Of a stretch of DNA of 33,346 bases, positions 23,017 to 33,346 are shown one piece after another. Numbering within the stretch: position 1 is the first letter of the stretch; every line of letters begins with the position of its first letter. Origin of the DNA: Octopus sinensis (taxonomy: Eukaryota); the NCBI RefSeq assembly GCF_006345805.1, contig NW_021831954.1, forward strand, positions 1 to 33,346, read 5' to 3'. A program made the position numbers and the translations under genes. Below the pieces are notes generated by a model. That model was not told the DNA's origin, made no database searches, and worked only from the letters and a program-made list of their open reading frames with translations.

Positions 23017-23544
23017 TTATGTATGTACGTGTATATATATATTATGTGAGTATGTATGTATTTATATATATATAAAAGTGTGTGTAGGTATGTATGTATG
23101 TATTACTTAGCACCAGGTTAGCTCTGACCCAGTAGACGTAGGATCGAAATTGTTCTAGCTGTAACCATTTTATTTTTGTTCCGGTCTCCTTTTATAATTA
23201 CCACACAAATACATTTCTCAAAGTACATCCCTATTATCTGATAATACTTTACAAGACCGAAACACCATGTCTATGGTTTTCACCACTTGGCATTAAAGTC
23301 AAGACCTACGCCCTCCAGCATCGTCTTTATTTTGTAAAAATGTCGGTCATCTAATTATGTTAAAATTCTCTCCCTTACTAGTTGTTTTTTAAACATATAT
23401 GCTTATATCGAGGGAGTTTTTATTCACTAATTGCATTGATTATTTCAGTTAATTGAATTATTTTGCTTCTTTAAAATCACTATTCTAGAGATGGTGTACA
23501 AGAAAAACTATGAATGTATATTGCTGCTGGCAAGTCTATAGTCA

Positions 23545-23905
23545 ATGATGGTGGTGGTGGTGGTGGGCGGCGGTGCTGGTGCTGGTAGTAATAGTGGCGG
23601 TGGCGGTGGTGATGTTGGTGGATGTAGTGGTGGGGGTGATGATGGTCGTAGTCGTCGTTGTGGTGATGATTGTGGTGATGAAGAAATGGAGGTGGTGGTA
23701 TGGTGGTGGTGTGGTGGTAGTGTGGTGGTGGTATGGTGGTGGTAGTGTGGTGGTGGTATGGTGGTGGTATGGTGTGGTGGTGTGGTGGTAGTGTGGTGGT
23801 GGTGTGGTGGTGGTGTGGTGGTAGTGTGGTGGTAGTGTGGTGGTGGTATGGTGGTGGTATGGTGGTGGTGTGGTGGTATGGTGGTGGTGTGGTGGTGGTG
23901 TGGTG
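23545..23905. repeat. (GGT)n-derived low-complexity tract
   Basis: Direct reading. Confidence 0.9.
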
Positions 23906-24329
23906 GCGGGATGCCGTTAGCGGTGCTATAGGGTCTGTGGTAAAGGTAAGATGGATGCGGAGGAAGATGAATGGGTCACGGAGTTCGTGTTTGGTTTGGT
24001 TTGGTTAAAATTAGCTGGCAGATAACCTTTCTGATTTTAGACAAACTTCCAAGAAACGGTTAGTTAGGGAGAACGGGACGTAATTGTAATGTCTTTGGTA
24101 GTAAGGTGTTGGTGGCGGTGGTGACAGTGGTCAGTGTTGTGAAGTGGTGGTGGTGGTGGTGGTGGTGGTTACCATCGTTATGGAGATGATGGTGATGCTG
24201 ATACTGATGGTGATGGCAGTGTGAGGGAGGTGTAATGCTGAACAAAATTAGCATATTACGTTTTACACACACCCAGTCACACACACATTGGTTAAAAATT
24301 TTAGCACATAGCTGGTACTTTCAGGAAGA

Positions 24330-24506
24330 CAGTAAGTCGATTACATTGACCCCCAGTGTTCCACTGTTACTTATTTTATCGACCCCGAAACGACAAAAGG
24401 CAAAAATCGACACCCGCGTAATTTGAACTCAGAACACAAAGACGGACGAAATGTCGGTAAGCATTTTACCCGGCGTGCTAACGATTCTGCCAGTATGCCG
24501 CCCTCA
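24330..24506 (-). mobile_element. tRNA-derived SINE (same family as 1079-1312)
   Basis: ttatcgaccccgaaacgacaaaaggc...aatttgaactcagaac...cccggcgtgctaacgattctgccagtatgccgccc. Confidence 0.85.
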
Positions 24507-24807
24507 TACATAAATACATATTATTTGATCAAATTCGTTTTTATTTGTCGTGCGTAAGGATTGCTAAACCAAATATAATTATCTTTATTATAATTAACAT
24601 CATTCGGTGTATCTGTGTTGGCATATACTTATTAACATCTCAAAAGAAATTGCTTAATGAAAGATGTGAGTGTTTTAGCTTGTACACACTATTCTAAATA
24701 TGTGTTTAGAAAAATACATCAAGTGTGTATATTTGTGCTTGTATGTATCCATTTATAGGTGAACATGTATGTGCACATATGAATAATAATATATATTTGT
24801 GTGTGCG

Positions 24808-24838
<31 letters not shown>

Positions 24839-24887
24839 GTACTTGTACACATGGGATATGTTGTTTGTATTTATACCTGATGTGATA

Positions 24888-26181
24888 CGAGGGGCATTCA
24901 ATAAGTAATGCCCCTGACCCACTTCCCATAGCAGTAGAGCAACGGAACTTGGCACAGTTATTAGTCTTTTTCTACATAGGAACCACCCAGAGTTACGCAT
25001 TTCTCCCATCGTTTGATGCAGCTCTGAAGACCTTTTTGTGTAGAAGACCCCAGCTTGGTCCTCCAACCACGACGTGACTTCAGAAATCAAGGCTGCATCA
25101 TCTGGGAAACGCTTTCCTTTCAAAAACAACTTCATGGCTGGGAAGAGGTGAAAATCAGAGGGTGCAGGTCAGGAGAGTAGGGGTGATGGAGGATGAGTTC
25201 ATAGCCACACGCCTGTGCTTCTGATCTGGCGACCCGCGAGTTGTGGAACGGAGCGTTGTCCTGCAGGAGGAGGATGACTTTGCTGATCTTGCCCCGCCTC
25301 TTGATTTTGATAGCTTCTCTTAATTTCCTCAAAAGTGAAGCATAATAGACTCCTGTAATTGTGGCACCTTTTGCCAGGAAATCTGTCATCACTACTCCGT
25401 CCTGGTCCCAGAAGACTGTGAGCATGACCTTGCCAGCGGAGGGCTGCACCCTTGCCTTCTTTGGAGGGGGTGAGTCACGGTGCTTCCACTGCATTGACTG
25501 GGCTTTGGTCTCTGGATCATAGTGATGGACCCAGGTTTCATCCTGTTAATCAGTCTTTTGAAAAATTTTGACTCATCTTCTTGGCACACATCTTCAAATT
25601 CATCCTCGCGCAATCGACGCGTTCTTGCTTCTGAAAAGTGTGAGCAACCTGGGAATCCATCTGGCAGACACCTTTTGCATATGCAAATGGTCATGAATGA
25701 TAGTTTCCTTCCAAAGACCCGGTACTAATCTTGACCTCATGGGCTATTTGGCGAATAGTTATGCGTCGATCTTCAAAATGGCAGCCTCAACTTGACGGAC
25801 AGATGCCTCATCAATGGCAGAAGGGGGCGACCAGATCTGGGAGCTGTTTCCACAAAGTTCCGACCATGTTTGAATTCACGATGCCAGCGTTTTACAAGGT
25901 CATATGATGGGGCATCATCACCATAAGTTAGTTTCATTTCATCAAAAGTCTCCTGTGGTGTGCGTCCTTTCAAATACAAAAACCGCATCACTGCTCGACA
26001 CTCGACAGGCTCCGTTTCACACTTGACTCAGTTCAAATACCTGTAAAAAGAAACCACAATTAGTTCAGAGCTGTAATTTACTAATTAATCTATTGAGATA
26101 TAAATAATTGCACATGCAAAATTTCAGCTAGATCAAACAACTGCAAGTGGGTCAGGGGCATTACTTATTGAACGCCCCTCG
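24888..26181 (-). mobile_element. Full-length mariner transposon (1294 bp) with a frameshifted DD34D transposase pseudogene
   Basis: TA on both sides (24886-87, 26182-83); 37-bp TIRs with one mismatch. Transposase split over ORFs 25773..25991, 25392..25694, 25132..25494 and 24719..25135. Motifs WIPRLL (25642-25659), DETW, LQDNA...YSPDL(A)PSD with 34-residue spacing after restoring a 1-nt deletion. Start codon apparently mutated to ACG. Confidence 0.97.
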
Positions 26182-26949
26182 TATATATGTCGTTATGCAT
26201 ATGTATGTGTTTGTGCGTAAATGTGTATATATATGTATTTATATGTATATATGTATATATACATATGTATATGAATATGCATGCATGTGTATGTGTACAT
26301 GTGTTTACATGTATATATAAGTGTGTGTGCATGTATATGTATGTATATGCATATATGTTGTATATGTGTATGTTATATGTGTACATATATATTTATATAT
26401 ATATGTGTGTGTGTATGTATATAAATGCATATATGTGTATATATGCGTATATGTGTATATGTATATATGTATATATGTATGTGTGTGTGTGGATGTGTGT
26501 ATATGTATATAGGTCAGTATATCTATGTGCATTTTTTGTTGCATATATATATATATATATATATATATGTTTTGCTTCTACAAATATATTTGTGTATGTG
26601 TATATGGATGTAGTAATTCGTGTAAAAGTATATGTACATGTGTATATGTGTATATATATGTGTGTGTATTTGTATATATGTGTGCGTATGTATATATAAA
26701 TATATGTTTGTATGCATGTGTATGCATGTATATCTATATGAATATGTAGATAAGTATGTACATATACGTATGTATACATGCATATATATATTATTTATAT
26801 TATTATATGATTGAACACCACGCATCCATTTCCAAGTAAGTTTTATCTTAAAAATTCTAATATGATTCTATTCTATTATTCTATTAAACTTTCGGTTTTC
26901 TTTTTTCCTTTTTCTAATTCTTTTTATCTCCCCTTCTCCCCCTCTCACT

Positions 26950-27510
26950 TTGTTCTCTCTTTTCTCTTCTCTAATTTTTTCATCTCTCTTTCGCCGTTCA
27001 GTGTCTGTCACTCATTCTCCCTCACTGTTCCTCCTTTGCTCTCACGTGGCTCCCACGTGACCATCGGCCATCTTTCTTTTCCTAACTTGTGTTTCTTTCT
27101 TTCCTTCTGATTCAGCTGGACGAATCAGACGCATTCTTGTCTGTCTTCTGTCCAAGCTTGCGTCTCCACGTTCGGCACTTCACCCCGTTTAGGCTTAGCA
27201 AGCCCTTCCTGTTTGTTTTCACTGTCCTGTTTTTACTACCAATTTTGACCCTCCAAAAAATCCCAAATTTTATTTGATTTGCTTTGCGGGAGCAACTGTT
27301 TTAACGAAGGTGAATTTTGTTGAATTGCTCGAAATATGGATTAGAAAAACAGCCGACGACTGATGAAGGATTGTTCGTTATGTTGCTTGTCTTGTTTTCC
27401 CTTTGTTTCTTTCGTTGTTGCCAAAAGAGGTTAAAATTCCATGTATTCGTATCTCATATCTCATGTTTTAGCTTTTTTTATGTTGTTTACAATCCGTGAC
27501 GTCCTGTACC
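26950..27510 (+). mobile_element. Probable Penelope-type 3'/pseudo-LTR-like repeat with tandem degenerate hammerhead-like cores
   Basis: Pyrimidine-rich segment with TTAACGAAGG...CTCGAAATAT (27301-27337) and CTGATGAAGG (27360-27369). Family assignment is an unverified recollection of octopus repeats. Confidence 0.3.
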
Positions 27511-27749
27511 CACATATGCATATGTATATACTTATATATGTACGTACATATACGTATGTATATATGCATATATATTATTTATATTATATATATGTGTGTG
27601 TATGTGTGTATGTATATGCATATGTGTATATATGTATATAGGTATATATATATTTATGTATATCTTTAAGGTTTGTCATCTTAATCTATATAATAATGTT
27701 GAATTTTGAAAATTAATTTTTTAGTGGATTATCCACCTTCGTAGATACA

Positions 27750-27860
27750 TACTCTTTTACTCTTTTACACGTTACAGTCATTTGACTACGGCCATGCTGG
27801 AGCACTACCTTTTGGTCGAGCAAATCCACCCCAGGACTTATTCTTTGGAAGCCTAGTAGT
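27750..27860 (-). mobile_element. SINE 3' region
   Basis: cttttactcttttac...cagtcatttgactacggccatgctggagcac...ccccaggacttattcttt is the reverse complement of the tail at 30190-30300. Confidence 0.8.
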
Positions 27861-28380
27861 GTAAATACACATGCATATAAACATAGATATACATAGGTAC
27901 ATACGAATATGTGGACATATGAAGAGAATGGATAAGAGTGACTATGTGTTTATGTGCACACCTTTGTGTGTGTATATGTGTGTAAGGTAAGCTGCAGCAA
28001 TGAATAAAATACATAGACAGACTGACAGAGTGACAAACGCACACACAGAAAGACAGCAATAGAGAGAGTGTATGTGTGTGTGAGTGTATGTGTATGTGCA
28101 TATACTGTACGTGTCAGTGTATATAATTCTACCTACCGAATATCAGTCACAGCGAAGGTTCTAACAGATTTTAACTTCATGTTCGTTCGATACACGCATG
28201 TGTATATGTGTGTTTGTGTATATGTTCACACACGTACAAAGAATACATGAACTTACGCAACACCCATACAAGAAGCAAATATGAATTTAATGTATGTATG
28301 TGTGTGTGTATACACGTATATATATAGATGCACACACAAACGCGCGCGCACATACACACGAAACACACACACACACCACA

Positions 28381-28426
<46 letters not shown>

Positions 28427-28878
28427 TATATATATATATATATATAATATATATATATATATTATATAATATATATATAATTACCTATTTCTCTTTGCAG
28501 TCATGAAATGGTGCCAACATTCTAAATTCTGGGTTATATTTCTTAGTTAAGGCTGCCTAACTATATGCCAATAACCGCTCTCTCTCCCTCTCTATTTCTC
28601 TCTCTCTCTCTCTCTCTCTCGCTCGCTCGCTCTTTCTCTATCACACACACTCTCTCTTTCTCATTCTCTTACTGTTTTACTCTCTCTCTCTCTCCCTTCT
28701 CTCTCAATATCTTTCTACCTCTTTGTCTCTCTCTCTCTTTCGTATATTTTCCTTTGTTCTTTTTCACTCCTCTTTGTCCCTTTCTCTCTTTCTCTCTCAC
28801 TCTCATTCTCCCTGCCTCTTCATCCCCTTCTTTTTTCTCTCTTTTTCTCTATATATTGCTATATAACATTCGCATACA

Positions 28879-28914
<36 letters not shown>

Positions 28915-28956
28915 ACACACACACACACAACACACACACCACGCGCAAATATATAG

Positions 28957-28999
<43 letters not shown>

Positions 29000-29067
29000 T
29001 ATAATATATTATATATATATATATATATAATATACGAGATGGGATCAAATGGTTCCCGAACTAGTTA

Positions 29068-30030
29068 TTTATAGATATAAAACTCAATGTGTGTGTGTGT
29101 GTGTGTGTTTGTGTGTAAACCCGCATAACTTCTGAAGTTCGCGACTGATTTTCTTCAAAATGGAAACATACATCACTCATGTTCCAGAGATGGTTTTAGA
29201 CTCTTAAAAGTTTTCCCATAATGAGTAATGGGGCCTCTAGAGCCAGAAATCCCGTTTCCTGGGGTAAGTATACCTACTATGGAGAAATGAGGTAACTCCT
29301 TGCGAAGTAACTTTTCTAAAACTTTGTTAAGATATTGATATAATTTACCTTTTTTTTTCTTGGCATTTCATTATTAACGTACAGTTGTCATCTTAGCTTA
29401 TTACGTCATGCTTCTTGACATAATGTCTCCAAAGAAGAGATCTCCATTGTTCGAAAAACAGCGGTAGCAGAGAAATTGAAAATAAGGAGATCAAATGAAT
29501 CATTACATGAGATTTCAATTAGACAATCACAAAACGCTGCATGTACAGATACTGCAAGAGCAACGGAAAGCGATGAATAGCGTAGTATTCGCCTGGCCAG
29601 GAATGTTGCATTAACAGCTTCAGCCAAACCCCACTTACCAAGTCATTTCTTTCATGTACATTTCTCTCATGTGGGGCTGTTGAGCATGCCCACGGGCTTA
29701 ATTAATCACAGTGATGTAGTTCCTATGTCTGTTGATTATTCAGCGTGGTTGCGGCAGCGCCGACAGCTGCAAAGGAGAATATATCCACTAAGAGCCTTTT
29801 GGTGCGTTCAAAAATCACATAACACCACCCACCTTTCCATGACATGGTTAGGGTCTGGAATCTTCCAAACAGACGCATGACATGTCACCTATTCGATTTG
29901 GTTCTTCATTTACTACACAAATGTTTTGTCGTCAAATGCTGCACTTTGCCGTACCACGTTTCGTCTTAACTGTACCATATATACAAACTATGCCATTCAA
30001 ACCCCTAGCAACGCCGGGAATGTCTGTTAG
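29068..30030 (+). mobile_element. Non-autonomous, decayed Helitron
   Basis: 5' t(t)tatagatataaaactcaat followed by (GT)n, resembling the TCtatatatataaaa end. Internal peptide RSNESLHEISIRQSQNAACTDTARATESDE*RSIRLARNVALTASA resembles Rep/Helicase N-terminal repeats. 3' hairpin cccctagcaacgccggg (30002-30018) and TTAG end (CTRR-like), inserted between A and T. Confidence 0.7.
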
Positions 30031-30079
30031 TGTTTCATAAAATATTAATGTGTGTGTATGCATGTATATTTGTATGTAT

Positions 30080-30302
30080 GCATTTGTGTGTCTGTATTTG
30101 TCGCCCCACCATCGCTTGATAACCGATGTTGGTGTGTTTGTGTCCCTGTAACTTAGTGGTTCGCCAAAAAGGGCAGATCGAATAAATACTAGACTCACAA
30201 AGAATAAGTCCTTGGGGTTGATTTCTTCGACTAAAGGCGGTGCTCCAGCATGGGCGCCGTCAAATTAATGAAACAAGTAAAAGAATAAAAGGATAAAAGA
30301 AT

Positions 30303-30304
<2 letters not shown>
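30080..30304 (+). mobile_element. Octopus-type SINE 3' region
   Basis: ccccaccatcgcttgataaccgatgttggtgtg...gaataagtccttggggttgatttcttcgactaaaggcggtgctccagcatgg...gaaacaagtaaaagaataaaag. Confidence 0.85.
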
Positions 30305-30924
<620 letters not shown>

Positions 30925-32234
30925 TCAAGTCATTAAGAATGAAGTGTCCGATTTTCTTATGCGCCAAGTTTCACAGTCGTTAACTCAAATGTTTTATTCT
31001 GACAGTTTTTTTTTTTTTTTTTTACAACATTGAAGAGTCACATCATCACTTTTCGAAATGCAATTCATGGTGTTTGATTATATTGTTGAGTTTTTTCTTG
31101 TAAATCAATTTTTGTGAACCTATGGATAGATAAAAAATTCTTTTGATCTGTCAAAAGAATTTTTGTTGTTTGTGTTGTTTATGTATATGAGTTCCGTCGT
31201 GGAACCAATGCATCCAAGACAGATCGAAACATAATGAAGTGTTTGTGAAGATCTGGCCAATGAGCGTACTGTACGTCGATGGTCTGAGAATTTCCGGTCT
31301 GGCGACTTTACTCTTAAAAATCAGCCCCGTGCTAGAGTTGAGTCTAAGGTGGATAATAATGTGCTGGAAACTGTGGTAGAAGCGGATACATCTCAAACTA
31401 CACGTGAGTTAACAGCAAGGTATGATGTTTCGATTCCAACTGTATTAAACTATTTTAAACAAATCGGCAAAGTAAAGAAGCTGCACAGCGGGGTACCATA
31501 CGAACTGAACGAGCATCAAATGACACGTCGCCTTGAAACTTGCTGTTTTTTGCTGTCACGACATAAAAGCGAACCATTTTTACATCGTATTGTTATGTGT
31601 GGTGAAAAATGGATTCTGTTCAACAATAGCAAGCGATCTGCACGGTGGTTGGATAGAGACGAAGTGTCAAAACACAATATAAAATGGAATATTCACCAAA
31701 AAAAGCTAATAGTGTCTGTTTGGTGGTCCAGTGCTGGTGTAATCCACTAAAGCTTCATGAGACCTGGTAAGTCAATTACAGCGGATATATACCTCAACCA
31801 GTTGGATGAAATGATGAGTGAACTTGCAATTAAACAACCGAGATTGGTCAATAGAGACAAGCCAATTCTCTAGCAAGACAATTCTCGACCACATGTTGCA
31901 CAAAGAATGCTACTCAAGTTACACGAACAGACCTTGGAAGTACTTTGTCATCCAGACCTTGCACCAACTGACTATCACGTTTTCCGAATATTAGACAACT
32001 TTTTGCGAGGATAAAACTTCATATCTGAAGAAGATGCAAAAATAGCTTTTCGTGATTTCATCACCTCTTGTTCTCAAGAATTCTTCGCTGCCGGCATGAA
32101 TAAGCTGCCGATAAAATTGCAAAATTGTGTTGATAATTTAGGTGCATACTTTGATTAACTGCATGGCTTTTTGTTGAGATAAAGAAAAATAAACTTTCAG
32201 TTCAAAATCGGACATTTCATTCTTAATGACCTGG
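30925..32234 (+). mobile_element. Full-length decayed mariner (Hsmar1/cecropia-like transposase)
   Basis: TA-flanked ~29-bp TIRs (tcaagtcattaagaatgaagtgtccgatt / aatcggacatttcattcttaatgacctgg). Peptide YEFRRGTNASKT...IVMCGEKWILFNN...VSVWWSSAGVIH*...QDNSRPHV...PDLAPTDYHVF...LGAYFD* with stops and frameshifts. Confidence 0.93.
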
Positions 32235-32306
32235 TATATAGATATATATATATATCTATATATATATACATACGTACGTATATATGTACGTATGTATGTA
32301 TATAAT

Positions 32307-32352
<46 letters not shown>

Positions 32353-32974
32353 TAACGAGTATATGAATTGGATATGTGTGTGAGTGATTGTGTTTGTGTA
32401 CATACATACAATTATAGAAGTAGAATATTGTGTGTGTATGGTTGTGCGCGTGTGTTTGTGTGTGCGTGTGTGTGTGTATAAGAAAGAGAAGCACGGAGAG
32501 GTGGGCACAAGGAAGACGAAGTACGCATATATGTGTGTGTGTGTGTGTAAACACACACACACACATAAAACACTCTCCCTATATTTGTTTTTCCTTTTTC
32601 TCTTATTCCATCCCCTCACCCCTCCATCTCTCCACCCCTCTACCTCCACCATCTCTTCGAAAGAATTCTTCAATCCCTAATAAAATAATGAAGAACGTGT
32701 ACTGAAAGGTACGTATAGATGATGTACATGTACATATAGTAACGGGATGCGGTTGGAGTTGTTGGGGAAGCGGCAGAGTGGAGGGTGGCAGGAGGATAGG
32801 TTAGGGCTGGGTAGGATGGATAATGGAATGGCGGCTGCGTATGTGGGGCTGTGTGTATATTTATATATGTGTGTGTGCGCGTATGTTTATGCATATATGT
32901 GTGTGCATTTATGGGTGGGCCTATCTAAATATGTATATGTATGCATCTATGCTCATTTGTGTGCGTATATATAT

Positions 32975-33017
<43 letters not shown>

Positions 33018-33036
33018 TATCATATATTATATATAT

Positions 33037-33069
<33 letters not shown>

Positions 33070-33346
33070 CTGTAATATAATATGTGACAATTATTCGGTT
33101 GCCATAAGAAGACTCCGAGTTTCGGATGTTGGGTCAGAAAACTGCTCCGGCATCTGGTCAATTATCGAGGCAATCAAAAATTGCTATGAAAATGACCGTT
33201 AAACGAAGGGAAATTACTATGTAATTGACCGATATTAAGACAAAGAGCTATTAGAATGACCGTTAAATAAGGGGAAAAACCGAAGGGGAGAAAGTAAACA
33301 AGTAAGGAAGTAAAAATGCTCATAGAAATCGGACACGATTTTAAAA

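Noticed and set aside
33100-33145. Minus-strand CTGACCC...GAAAC TCGGA GTC
   Set aside because: G8/A9 absent and stem I cannot form.

Overview
AT-rich, microsatellite-saturated eukaryotic DNA. The SINE families, mariner copies and repeat style are most consistent with an octopus (cephalopod) genome; this is recognition by eye, not a database result. Most listed ORFs are artefacts of (CATA)n, (TA)n, (GAAA)n, (GATA)n and trinucleotide tracts. Supportable content: three decayed mariner transposons (two with both TIRs), a mariner MITE, a Penelope-like GIY-YIG remnant, a non-autonomous Helitron nested in a mariner-like end, about ten tRNA-derived SINE pieces, and a 410-bp foldback palindrome. Two less obvious signals stand out. 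First, five loci resemble hammerhead ribozymes of the Penelope minimal type-I kind; 11311-11354 and 17634-17739 are close to complete. Second, a phase-consistent chain of small minus-strand exons (about 9072 to 5894) encodes a protein I cannot identify. Gene models and ribozyme activity are unverified inferences.
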